NCBI GenBank assembly: GCA_963769425.1
Contig: CAVYLP010000001.1
Coordinates: 288,001-352,000 of the forward strand
Length of the DNA stretch: 64,000 bases
From: Candidatus Bathyarchaeota archaeon
Lineage (GTDB): Archaea; Thermoproteota; Bathyarchaeia; TCS64
Direction of reading: 5' to 3'
Below the pieces are notes generated by a model that was not told the DNA's origin, searched no databases, and saw only the letters and a list, made by a program, of their open reading frames with translations. A program made the position numbers and the translations under genes. Below, piece after piece: positions 50,812 to 60,782 of the stretch; the stretch's first letter is position 1; every line of letters begins with the position of its first letter.

Positions 50812-50924
50812 TTGTATACGGTCGAATGGGCGCGCGCGTCTAGCGTATACGTAAAAAAAATATTTGTTTGCGGATAAGACAGAAGAATGGCTTTTGAGTG
50901 AGTTCGACTCTTTAGACCTTTAAC

Positions 50925-51857
50925 TTGAGAAATACATGGAAGTATTCCGGTCCCATTTTTGATGCGCATACACACATTGGAACAATCACTGAAATATCTA
51001 GGATGATTGCCATCGAAGATGATTTTGGGATTTCAAAACAGATTGGAATTGTACATAATGAAGAAGGATTTCAGGCTGCAAAAGAGAAGTATCCAAACAG
51101 GTTCATCTTCGCAAAATATCTCTCCCTGAAAGATATAGCCAAGTACAACGTGGAACCCGTTCTTAATGAGATAGCTAAACTCAAAGATCAGGGCTATTCC
51201 CTCGCCAAGTCATGGTTTGGCCCCCGCTGGCGTGACTGGGTTGATGTTCCGAAGGATTTTCGGATTAATCACCCCAAACTAGAGCCCATTTTTCAGGCCC
51301 TAGAGGACAACGGGATACCACTCATCATTCACATGGGTGATCCCGACACCTATTACGCGACTCAGTATAAGGACTCGGAGAAATATGGTACTAAGGATGA
51401 GCACCTCAAACAGATGGAGGATGTCTTATCCAGTCACCCTAAACTAAAGTTTCAGATCCCTCACTTTGGTGCACAGCCTGAGATACATAGGTTACCCAAT
51501 CTGACTAGGTGGATGGACAAGTTTCCCAATGTCGTAGTCGATACAGCTTCGTCAAGATGGATGGCCCGAGAGTTGAGCAAGGACTCGAGGAAGGCTCGGG
51601 AATTCATGTTAAGGTACTCGGATAGGGTCCTGTTTGGGACCGACATCGAATCCGATCAGGATGACCGTGATTACTTCTCTGGCCGATACGTTGCGCAGAG
51701 AATTCTGTGGGAGACAAATGAACGAGATACTCCACTGCCTTTCCCTGACGCTGACACTAAGGATACTGGTGGAACGGTGATCAATGGTCTTGATCTACCT
51801 CTTTCAAGTCTTGAAAAGTTGTATTGGGAGAATGCAAGGCGATTATATATGGTGTAG
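50925..51857 (+). CDS. Amidohydrolase family protein
   Basis: IFDAHTH, IIHMGDP, PHFG, DRVLFGTD, LYWENA. Confidence 0.88.
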   Translation: MRNTWKYSGPIFDAHTHIGTITEISRMIAIEDDFGISKQIGIVHNEEGFQAAKEKYPNRFIFAKYLSLKDIAKYNVEPVLNEIAKLKDQGYSLAKSWFGPRWRDWVDVPKDFRINHPKLEPIFQALEDNGIPLIIHMGDPDTYYATQYKDSEKYGTKDEHLKQMEDVLSSHPKLKFQIPHFGAQPEIHRLPNLTRWMDKFPNVVVDTASSRWMARELSKDSRKAREFMLRYSDRVLFGTDIESDQDDRDYFSGRYVAQRILWETNERDTPLPFPDADTKDTGGTVINGLDLPLSSLEKLYWENARRLYMV

Positions 51858-51994
51858 AAACGATGCCTTCGAACTAGCATAAGTTACTATATTCTTTATT
51901 CGCTAGCGATATATTGCCTAATTCTTTTCCACGCGCGCTAATTATCACAAATTTAGGAATCAAATTCTGCCAGTCTAAACCAAGATGTGGAGCT

Positions 51995-52008
51995 CTTCCT
52001 CTGCGCCA
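51995..52008 (+). repeat. Second att core (copy of tRNA-Ser 3' end)
   Basis: CTTCCTCTGCGCCA identical to 31766-31779. Confidence 0.85.
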
Positions 52009-52257
52009 TTCAAAATAAATGAATGGGGCAGTTTAAAGGCATATTTTTAATATTGAGGAGATATTAATTGAGCTTGAATTCTGCTTTCAAATTTGATTTT
52101 CTATGAGCGTTCGTATTGGTGCGTTATCAACCTAATCTCCTCTTCAGGATTCCCGCAACGTTCAAGTCGAAGTCCCAAAGGTAATAGATGTGAAACTATC
52201 GGAACCCATTTACTGTATATCTTAAGGATCCAACTTAATCCTAGTCATCGACGCCGA

Positions 52258-53217
52258 TTATAGCTGCTCAGACCAACTGACCGTGTATTGGGCACTGTTA
52301 CCATCGATGACGGTCACCGTGTTGTGCCTCCGCATAGTAATGAACTTGATCGTTCCGCTGTAACCAGCCCCAAATATTATACCATCGTCGTTGATACTTA
52401 CACTAGAACCGTCGATTATAACGCGCTCGTTAAACGGTGCGATGGCGTCGCGACCCGCCCACACACGCGTGACCGTCAGCTCCACCTGGGACGGGTTAGA
52501 GAAGAAGAGGGTGTACGTCCACGTTCCGGTTGCCTGGTCGAAGATGCGTGAAGTCTGAAAAACGTCTGGCACCAGCAAGTCCTGGGCACCACCGAAGCTG
52601 ACGCCGGCTGGAGGCACCACCGCCGGGTCAGCGTTTGTCTCCCCAGACGAGGTCACCATCATGAACAACAGCGGAAGAAGGACGGCGCCGATCACCGCGG
52701 CCCTGAAGAACCTCCTCCCCTGGAACTGACCTATCTTCTGGTACCGCGGCAGCCGCGCGACGACCAAGAAGATACCAGCCGAAAATATTATCGCCGCACG
52801 CACCGTAAGTAGCATCACTAACCCACCGCCTTGGTCGACACCGACGATCCAATCCAGGTAGCGGTCAATGAACCCAAGGCCCGACGTGCCCACAAACAGC
52901 GCCAAAGCCGCCGGCAACACCCCGAAAAAGATGATCGAGGAGATGAGCAGGATGGATACCGCACCTAACCAGCCTCGCCTGCCAGACCTGAGGTAGAGAC
53001 ACGTGATCAGTGGCAAGAAGAAGACAAGCAGCACGAATGGAATCGGATATTGGATGGTGTACATGTTGAAGAAGATGACCGCGGTCGCAAGCCAGGCCAG
53101 GATGACCAACGCATAGATCACACGTGCCCTCCGCTCCCACGCCGGCATCTTCGATTCGGGCTTAGCCGTGACTTTTTGGTCTCCGGGGTCTGGCATCGGC
53201 GAGGGTGAATTAGACAT
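52258..53217 (-). CDS. Hypothetical membrane protein with C-terminal beta domain
   Basis: About 5 TM then beta-rich tail; similar to 53446-54621. Confidence 0.75.
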   Translation of the reverse strand: MSNSPSPMPDPGDQKVTAKPESKMPAWERRARVIYALVILAWLATAVIFFNMYTIQYPIPFVLLVFFLPLITCLYLRSGRRGWLGAVSILLISSIIFFGVLPAALALFVGTSGLGFIDRYLDWIVGVDQGGGLVMLLTVRAAIIFSAGIFLVVARLPRYQKIGQFQGRRFFRAAVIGAVLLPLLFMMVTSSGETNADPAVVPPAGVSFGGAQDLLVPDVFQTSRIFDQATGTWTYTLFFSNPSQVELTVTRVWAGRDAIAPFNERVIIDGSSVSINDDGIIFGAGYSGTIKFITMRRHNTVTVIDGNSAQYTVSWSEQL

Positions 53218-53445
53218 GACTAATACTTCTATTCATTTTGAAGATTTATCATTTTTTTGTGATGCATAGAGTCGAATATGTGGCTTCTTCGAAGACATGA
53301 GGCATATTATTCAAGGACTCGATATCAATGACGTTTTGGCATAACACGCCGTGGGTCGAATTATTAAGCTCGATATGGGAGTAAAATGTTGGGTCCAGTA
53401 TACAATAAGGGCCCAAGTTGCCTAGGATGAAGGTGTGAAACAATA

Positions 53446-54621
53446 GTGGAACTCTGGCCATTGCTTTCGATCCTCTCAGTCGCACTGATACTCATCCCGC
53501 TCATCAAAGGCAGGAGGGACGGGAAACTCACCCGACGAAAGGCGGCGGCTATCTTGGTTGCAGCCCCGATCCTGTTCGTGGTCAGCGGTCTTCTCCTCAT
53601 GAACACCGTCGTCAACCCCGCCGACAGCATCCAGTACCAAGTCGGTAGGGCACTCTGCCTCGCCGCCTCACCAACACTCATGTTATCGGGAATCTTCATA
53701 TACCTCGCAGCACCCCACGAAGACAAAAAGCCCACAACGGTGCAACCACTCCCCGCTGAGCACCCCGAGGAGAAACCGCGGGCCTCTATACCGAGGTGGG
53801 AAAAACAGGCACGTAAAATCTATGGAGCCACAGCGCTCCTGCTAATCGGGCTGCTCTTAGCCACGTTGAGTCCCCTCATGATCTTCGCAGTGGGGCTAAT
53901 CCCGTACATCATCTTCTTCATCTACCTCTTGAGGGGCAAACGAAGCCTAGTCGCGTCGCTGTTCTTTCTACTTGTATGGTATGGATGGTTCTCGGCCGTC
54001 AGCGAATCGATGTCGCCGATACACTTCACCCAACTCTTCACGGAGGTCACGAGAAACGCGCCCTACTTCGGCCCGCTGGGGTATAACATATGGTGGATGT
54101 TCTACTCCGTAGTGATGTTCTCGGGCGTAGTCATGCTGCTCCTCAGCTCATTGTCGGGCGTCAAGAGGATAGAGAAGGTGATGGCGAGGGTATTCACCAC
54201 GAAGACGTGCGCACTGATTCTCACCGTGCCGATGATCTTGATGTTCGCGTTGCCTCCCGGCCTCGTGACGAACCCGAGCATGCGTCACCCTTCCATCGTG
54301 GTCGTGCAGGCGGGCGAGATAAATATAATCGAGGGTAGGACGGAACGATATTTTAATGATACGAGCGGGGAGTGGGTGTACTCTATCGCCGTCAGTTATA
54401 ATGGACACCTACTACTCACGAACATCTCCTTGGGTGGCGTAGTTATCTCCCCACCGTTTGATAATAACACGGTCAGGATAACTGAAGATAATAGCGACGT
54501 CACGACAAATTTCCCTAACAGCGGAGTCATTCTGATCAGGGACAAGACACTCGTTAACTGGGTATCCCTCGTTAGTGAGAATTCTATGGGTGAGGCGATT
54601 TACGGCATCGGCTGGTTTTAA
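53446..54621 (+). CDS. Hypothetical membrane protein with C-terminal beta domain
   Basis: Multiple TM; similar to 52258-53217. Confidence 0.75.
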   Translation: MELWPLLSILSVALILIPLIKGRRDGKLTRRKAAAILVAAPILFVVSGLLLMNTVVNPADSIQYQVGRALCLAASPTLMLSGIFIYLAAPHEDKKPTTVQPLPAEHPEEKPRASIPRWEKQARKIYGATALLLIGLLLATLSPLMIFAVGLIPYIIFFIYLLRGKRSLVASLFFLLVWYGWFSAVSESMSPIHFTQLFTEVTRNAPYFGPLGYNIWWMFYSVVMFSGVVMLLLSSLSGVKRIEKVMARVFTTKTCALILTVPMILMFALPPGLVTNPSMRHPSIVVVQAGEINIIEGRTERYFNDTSGEWVYSIAVSYNGHLLLTNISLGGVVISPPFDNNTVRITEDNSDVTTNFPNSGVILIRDKTLVNWVSLVSENSMGEAIYGIGWF

Positions 54622-54721
54622 TTACTGAATATTTTTCAGAACGAGATACTTATTTCGATACGTTGCTATGGACGAAATGACGATTTCATACGGGGACTTC
54701 TTTAATTACCGTTGCTAGTTG

Positions 54722-55204
54722 TCAACTCTTTTTGTCGGTGCTTCCACCCGCGCCTGCGTTGTGTTCGGTCTTTACATGGTCTATGATTTTGGCCAGCTGA
54801 TCGTAGGGGCTTTTCATGACACCAAATATGTCACCCGCGCCGATGGCGTTCATAGACGATACTAGGATGAAGGAACACGCCGCCTCGCCCCCGTTGGCCT
54901 TGTAGCGTACCCTGAGATAGGGCGTTCCCCATACCCTATCCGCCTTTGCTTCATGAACACCATCTATCGCGATTGTGAAGCTTCCTTCGTTCCTCAGTCC
55001 TTCATCTATCTTATCCGAGTAGTCGGTGGGTTTGGCGGTCATGAACTTGCCGCCGGGATACTTTACGTAGACTAGCCTTTGACTCGTGAGGATAAGCTGC
55101 CCCTTCATGGCCTGACCCATCCCAGGTTTTTCTTTAGGGTAGAAGCCTACCTCAACCTTCGCCACTACATTCTCAGAATCCAATCGCTTCCACGTATACC
55201 CCAC
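54722..55204 (-). CDS. Hypothetical protein, PH/GRAM-like fold suspected
   Basis: GQLILTSQRLVY motif. Confidence 0.6.
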   Translation of the reverse strand: MGYTWKRLDSENVVAKVEVGFYPKEKPGMGQAMKGQLILTSQRLVYVKYPGGKFMTAKPTDYSDKIDEGLRNEGSFTIAIDGVHEAKADRVWGTPYLRVRYKANGGEAACSFILVSSMNAIGAGDIFGVMKSPYDQLAKIIDHVKTEHNAGAGGSTDKKS

Positions 55205-55279
55205 TGGGCGGATCGGCTTTAAGTATTATCATCAATGGTATGAAAAAATTCCATATACCTTGATGTTCATCTGCTTTTC

Positions 55280-55699
55280 TCAATTTGTTGGAGACTTAAC
55301 CTTTTTTGAAAACCATGCGCCCAATACCGCAAAGAAAGCGTAGATTAAAACACCGAACGCGGCCATGATTAACAGGTTGACGGGCAGATAATATACTGAC
55401 TGAAGGGATACCCCCAGCAGAGGCCTCTTAGTACTGTTGCCAACCACCAAAGCCAGAGAAACAACGGCTACGGAGACGAGTGCCATGATCGCGCCTTTTA
55501 TGGCGACACGCTTAAAACCGAGCCCGGCGTAGCCCCAGCCCATGTAAACTACCATCGCTACTATGATCAAGCCGAAGACTATCTGGCCGGTTGAGTAAGA
55601 GGATAGGGGAGGCAGAAGCCCGGAGAGGATAAGCCCGCATTCAAACGCGGCCAATGCCCCAGATAATAGATAAAAGTAAAGTGACTTCATCATCTCCAC
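55280..55699 (-). CDS. Hypothetical 4-TM membrane protein
   Basis: Hydrophobic 139-aa ORF. Confidence 0.7.
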   Translation of the reverse strand: MEMMKSLYFYLLSGALAAFECGLILSGLLPPLSSYSTGQIVFGLIIVAMVVYMGWGYAGLGFKRVAIKGAIMALVSVAVVSLALVVGNSTKRPLLGVSLQSVYYLPVNLLIMAAFGVLIYAFFAVLGAWFSKKVKSPTN

Positions 55700-56050
55700 G
55701 CTATCCGTTATAGAGGATGCGTAGAAAAAGTTTGCATCTTAGTACGCACGGTCTGTCAGAGGTGCAGTGATTTTACGTCTTCTAAGGAAATGTTATTAAA
55801 ATTGCTTTGTGGAATAATAAAAATCCGTGTTAATTCTGAAAGACTTCATAAAACTATTAGAGCTAGAATTTAACAATACCACGCAATAATGTATAGATAC
55901 AGTTTCTATAATCCACAAAGCAATTAAAATCAAATATTTACTTGTATGTAAAATGTCCAATCGATGGCCCTCAATCAATGTGCTTGATTAAGATAAATCG
56001 AAGATTGTAAGAAGTGCACAGGTGATGCATCACTGATACAGTCAATACGA

Positions 56051-58492
56051 GTGTGGCACGAGAAACATCATTTGAAGACCAGTATCATGCTCGTATTATC
56101 ATGTTTCCTCATCTGCTCAGTACTACCCCCGACACCCTCAGGACAGGCGTCAATCAGTGAAGCGACGACGGTAGTACACGCGATCGCTGAATCCACAGAC
56201 CACATCGTAAAAAGGTTCAACACCACTGTGACGATCATCGATGAGAAGACCATCCACGTCTCCATCGACTACGGCTTCAAATGGCTCGATGCGGACCACT
56301 CCCGGGACACGTGGTACGTCTACACCGGCGACAACGCCTATGGCATCACAACAGAGGACAAGAAAGGGCCTCTGAACTACGGCACAAACTACAAAGTCGA
56401 GAATGGGTGGCTCCCGGTAAAACTGAGAACGGAGATCAATGCCGGAGAAAGCTGCTACTTCACGGTCAACTACTACGCCGAGAACCGAGTCACAAACGAC
56501 GGGCAGAGTCTACTAGGGTCATACCATGTGGCAATGTGGATTATGTGGGATCTCTCACCCAAGGAGGTCGTGTCAGTAAGAATCATCATACCGGGATGGT
56601 TCTCCGTCAGAAGGTATGATCCATCTTTCCTAGAGGCTGAACATACACAGGAAGGTGGAACCGTGCTCTCCACCCACGCTCAGAACGTAAGCTACGACAC
56701 GAACTACTACCTTAACGCGGACCTATTCGCGAAGCAGGATACGGGGAACCTGGAATACGTGCCGAGTGTCGAAATCAATAAGTGGACAAGCACAGTCATG
56801 GCGGGAGTACCAACCCCCGTCGTCCTCGCCGTAATGAACCTCGGCAACGGCACGGCGCATTTGGTAAACGTCACTGTCGCCGCCTCACCTACCATGAGCC
56901 TCCGTGGCGTAGGCCTTCCCGCGGTGGGGGAATTACGCCCATTTGAGGCTAGGTATCTGCGATTCACAGCTAACGCCTCATACCCCCATTCATCCTACAT
57001 ATACGTAAAGTTCGCTTATACAGACGGCAACGGTATCACAAATATCCAATATAGAAACTGCACCATTAACGTGACGCGCCGAATCTACGACACTATCGCG
57101 GCCTGCAACGTGGCGCCTGACTACATCGAGACCTCAAAGGAGACATCCCTCAACTACGTGGTGGCACCCATTCATCAGGCCGACATCTCGGCCTCCCTGA
57201 TACGACCGGACGGCAGCGTATACACCAGGGTAAGCCACAATATCACGTATGGATCCTTCACCGTGAGGTTCACCCCAGACACCTCGGGGAACTGGACCGC
57301 GTCTCTGTATGTGCCCGAGACCGATGACTGCAAGGCCGTCCGAATGAACACTACCTTTCTCGTCCACCCGACGGACCTATACTCCGGCCAAGTACTCTCA
57401 TCGGACAACAAACGACTCGTCGCCTCATACGACGCTGAGGGTGTCTACACCTTCACCAACAACGGTGTGGAGGTGGAGCAGTCACCAGTCTTCGACGTCA
57501 ACCTTTACACCATTCTTCCTACGCAGGACACCACCCTCCTCAGCATAGAACCAATGCCAATAAGCCTCACCTACACCGACAGCGGTCTCAGGGCAAAGTT
57601 CAGCCCCCTAGAGTTGAACCCAGGTGAAAACTACACCATTGTGGTACGCTTCAACGTGAAGATACTGACTCTCCCAACCATGACCAAAAACTTCAACGGG
57701 ACACTCAGCGACATACCTCCCAACTTCCTCAAGTACACAGATTACGCGAAGTACTGGGAGACGAACGACACATCGATCAAGCAACTATCCCTCTCCCTCA
57801 CTGCCAACCAACCAACCGTGGCGGGTAAGATCCAGGCAATCTACTTCTGGGTCGCGGATAACATAGAGTATGACCACGAGAAATATGACGCGTCGATGAG
57901 TGGTAAGCCGACGGTGCAGTATACCGCACCCCAGACGCTGTCGCTGAGGAAGGGAGTCTGCGAAGACATCTCCAACCTCTTCATAACCCTCTGCCGCGCA
58001 TCGGGAATACCCGCTATCGCGATCACCGGCAACGCCTACAACGGGGTGAACGGGAGCGACAACATTAAAAATGGACATGCGTGGTCCGCTGCATACGTGC
58101 CTAGGTACGGGTGGGTTGAGGTTGACGCAACGTGGAAGGAATTTGCAAAGCTCGACGATGTCCATATTGCCAGGAGCAGAAACAGGGAAGCTCCAGGAGG
58201 CGATGGCTATTACTGGTGGGGCGTTAACAACGCGACGGCATACAATGATCACCTTTTCCTTACCCGAATAACTATATCTAACCAGACTTCCAACGCGATG
58301 AAGCCAATTAACGGGACCGCCACCATTGACGGCGGATACCACACCATCAACGAGTTGGATACCAACACGTTGATCGGCGTCGCAATATTTGTGGCAATAG
58401 TCACAGTGATCATCGTCACGCCATTCATAGTCTTGAAGAGAAGGAGAGCCAAGCGAGACGCCCCGACAGGTCCGTCCCCAGTGAAGGCATAG
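56051..58492 (+). CDS. Membrane-anchored transglutaminase-like (TGc) surface protein
   Basis: Signal peptide, Ig-like regions, GVCEDISNL..LCRASGIPA, GHAW, WVEVDAT, C-terminal TM then KRRR. Confidence 0.88.
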   Translation: MWHEKHHLKTSIMLVLSCFLICSVLPPTPSGQASISEATTVVHAIAESTDHIVKRFNTTVTIIDEKTIHVSIDYGFKWLDADHSRDTWYVYTGDNAYGITTEDKKGPLNYGTNYKVENGWLPVKLRTEINAGESCYFTVNYYAENRVTNDGQSLLGSYHVAMWIMWDLSPKEVVSVRIIIPGWFSVRRYDPSFLEAEHTQEGGTVLSTHAQNVSYDTNYYLNADLFAKQDTGNLEYVPSVEINKWTSTVMAGVPTPVVLAVMNLGNGTAHLVNVTVAASPTMSLRGVGLPAVGELRPFEARYLRFTANASYPHSSYIYVKFAYTDGNGITNIQYRNCTINVTRRIYDTIAACNVAPDYIETSKETSLNYVVAPIHQADISASLIRPDGSVYTRVSHNITYGSFTVRFTPDTSGNWTASLYVPETDDCKAVRMNTTFLVHPTDLYSGQVLSSDNKRLVASYDAEGVYTFTNNGVEVEQSPVFDVNLYTILPTQDTTLLSIEPMPISLTYTDSGLRAKFSPLELNPGENYTIVVRFNVKILTLPTMTKNFNGTLSDIPPNFLKYTDYAKYWETNDTSIKQLSLSLTANQPTVAGKIQAIYFWVADNIEYDHEKYDASMSGKPTVQYTAPQTLSLRKGVCEDISNLFITLCRASGIPAIAITGNAYNGVNGSDNIKNGHAWSAAYVPRYGWVEVDATWKEFAKLDDVHIARSRNREAPGGDGYYWWGVNNATAYNDHLFLTRITISNQTSNAMKPINGTATIDGGYHTINELDTNTLIGVAIFVAIVTVIIVTPFIVLKRRRAKRDAPTGPSPVKA

Positions 58493-58695
58493 GGTTCGAT
58501 CTTCACATGCCATATATTTATTAATAGAAAATAATAATTCTAAAAAATGACTACGTAATTCTTATTAAAATACTGAAAGGCGGGGATTCCTAATAATAAT
58601 TTAGATCCTCTAGAACGGAATAAATCTACGATCTATTTCACACATTATAGTGCTTGTTTTTATGCATCATGCATCACTAATAGTCTAGAGGCTAA

Positions 58696-59112
58696 TTGAG
58701 TCACCTTCAACCGAACAAGATACGCGCATTCTGGGACCAACTGCAAACCGAGCTTAAGAAGGGCAATCTTGATCTCGAGACCTGGGCGCTTGAACCAACG
58801 GGCGGCCACTTCTATGCGCGCGGCGTCTCTGATCGGGTGTTCATAGAGGGGAAGGGGATCAAGGGCATCCGCACTGTGGGGTTCCCGGAGTTCGAGAAGG
58901 CGGCCAAGCACTACAACGACTACATCGACGGTGTGGCTGGCGTTAAGCAGAAGCTTAGGGACGAAGTCGGCTACAACACCTCGTACATCTTGACACTCAT
59001 ACACCACGCCATTGAAGTAGAGAAAACTATCCCAACGGAGCTTGAGCCCGAACCGCCGCCGAAGCCAGAGAAGATCCGCGTCAGACACTACAGAAGTAGA
59101 CGCGGCGCCTAA
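58696..59112 (+). CDS. Hypothetical protein
   Basis: 138-aa ORF with host-like codon usage. Confidence 0.6.
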   Translation: MSHLQPNKIRAFWDQLQTELKKGNLDLETWALEPTGGHFYARGVSDRVFIEGKGIKGIRTVGFPEFEKAAKHYNDYIDGVAGVKQKLRDEVGYNTSYILTLIHHAIEVEKTIPTELEPEPPPKPEKIRVRHYRSRRGA

Positions 59113-59284
59113 TAGAACAATATCATTTCCGTAAAGAGAGGCTAGAATAGAATTCTAACACTTGTTTAGATCTTCATCAAGCATTGATTACCACCAGGGA
59201 ATAGACCGATCCCACGAGACCTCCGTCAACAGCAGCGACATCAATGCCTTACCTACAGCGACGCCGAGAAAAGAATTGGCTTAC

Positions 59285-59442
59285 TGAATTTTTTTCCGTT
59301 ATGACTAGCTACTTGCGCAAGGGGGACATGAAAACAACTCCTTTTCATTAAATCGTAGTTGGATTAGAAGGCTTACGAATTTTTTTTTATGTATCATATG
59401 CCACGTTGACAAGGAAGACTTGAAAAAAGCTCCTTTTTCACG
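59285..59442 (-). repeat. Tandem pair of ~60-bp motifs (period ~92 bp), homologous to 30451-30612
   Basis: Reverse complement reads TGAAAAAGGAGCTTTTTTCAAG... and TGAAAAGGAGTTGTTTTCA...GTAGCTAGT...AAAAAAATT. Confidence 0.75.
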
Positions 59443-59468
59443 ACTAAAATTCTAAGAATTCCAAAAAT

Positions 59469-59633
59469 TTACTCGTCTTCGGGGCTTGACATGATTCTCA
59501 GTTTGAGCTCCTCACGCGGGAAGGCGCCGACGGGAATATTCATACCGGACTTCAGGCTAACGACGAAGTCCCCGCCCAGTATCTTGGAAGGGTCCTTCTC
59601 CTGCATCCGCTCTATCCTCTCGTAGACACTCAA
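59469..59633 (-). CDS. Small hypothetical protein (54 aa), not in the ORF track
   Basis: TTG start after GGGTGG; MSVYERIERMQEKDPSKILGGDFVVSLKSG...SSPEDE. Confidence 0.5.
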   Translation of the reverse strand: MSVYERIERMQEKDPSKILGGDFVVSLKSGMNIPVGAFPREELKLRIMSSPEDE

Positions 59634-59670
59634 CCATGCCACCCGCCGTTTTATCTATCACCCGCGGAAA

Positions 59671-59919
59671 CTACGCCTTAACCTGGTTAAACGCCCCGCA
59701 TTTTGGGCACTTGTAGACGGCGTCGGGTACCTGCATCCTTAGAAGAGATTTCAGCAGGACGTGATTACACTGACCACACACGTAGTTTAGGGCGCCCTTC
59801 CCTGCGATGAATGGCTCCATCTTTCTCTCCTTGGGTGAGTTATCCCTACTCTGGAACGCGCTCCCACCCATCGGTAATGTTGGAAGAACAACCATCTTGA
59901 ATGTGAATATGTGGTCCAT
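59671..59919 (-). CDS. Small zinc-ribbon protein
   Basis: CGQC...YKCPKCGAFN; paralogue of 60783-61043. Confidence 0.75.
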   Translation of the reverse strand: MDHIFTFKMVVLPTLPMGGSAFQSRDNSPKERKMEPFIAGKGALNYVCGQCNHVLLKSLLRMQVPDAVYKCPKCGAFNQVKA

Positions 59920-60314
59920 GTAATCTCCAAATAATAGTGTGTCTTCGTTTCTTATAAAGAAACGTATTAAAAACACATCTGTTTAGACCCATTTTTTAAT
60001 TAGTTTGTTGAAAATGAGACGAGGTGGGAGAATTCTTTGTCGTCATACGCTAAATCGAACGTGTGTCTCAAAGCGGCGAGCTTCGAAACCGTCAGGCGAA
60101 GACTAAATCTTCGCGTGCTTCCTCTTCTTCTTGTCCTTTTTCGGTAAAACCATCTTTCTCAAAGCGACGACCTCCATAAGATCTGCCCCCAGGACAAGCC
60201 TAGAGACGAATGCGTACGACGAATAGAGAATCCCATAAAATCCCAGCCTATATTATCTGGCTCTCACTTTTAAAGCTGCGTTAAAATCGCCGTAAATAAA
60301 TGCGATATGTGAGA

Positions 60315-60632
60315 TTAAGCGTTGAAAAGCGCCCTCTTGAGGCTCGACTTCTCGGCGTTTAGGCTATCGATCCTATCAGAGATGCTCCTCATCTTTCCAC
60401 GATACGCGTTCAGGAACACTTTCACGTCGGCGCTGTTCTTTCTCAGTTCAACAAACGTACCAGTGTCCTCGGGGGAACTCACTACTATCTTCCCGCCGCT
60501 ATTATGCGCGTTTTCGAGGACCCGGATCTCACGCTTAACGCGCAGATACTCCTCGCCGTGTTCTATGTCCTTGATCTTGGACTCAATCTCAAGCACCCTG
60601 AGTAATGTGGTGTTACGCTGGGAGAACGACAT
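60315..60632 (-). CDS. Hypothetical coiled-coil protein
   Basis: 105-aa ORF with heptad-like pattern. Confidence 0.6.
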   Translation of the reverse strand: MSFSQRNTTLLRVLEIESKIKDIEHGEEYLRVKREIRVLENAHNSGGKIVVSSPEDTGTFVELRKNSADVKVFLNAYRGKMRSISDRIDSLNAEKSSLKRALFNA

Positions 60633-60782
60633 AGCACTACTATGCGCCCGGCTCTTATAGACCTTTCAACAAATGTAATCAAATAGCCTCTTTTTGCTGT
60701 TTTTTTTAAATTTCAATATGAAAGAACACTCTTTTTTGATATGGTTAATATAACCCGCGAGGACCTATGTTGAGGATAGAGC

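Larger units (their letters stand above)
43772..52008. mobile_element. Integrated element 2 (degenerate, no integrase seen)
   Basis: Ends in a second att copy whose upstream flank is homologous to that at 43734-43771; carries IS remnant and vapBC. Confidence 0.7.

Noticed and set aside
23500-52000. Classical integron
   Set aside because: No IntI-type integrase or recognisable RYYYAAC...GTTRRRY attC series, and gene orientations are mixed.
60103-60177. 24-aa Lys-rich ORF MEVVALRKMVLPKKDKKKRKHAKI on the minus strand
   Set aside because: Too short to support without homology.
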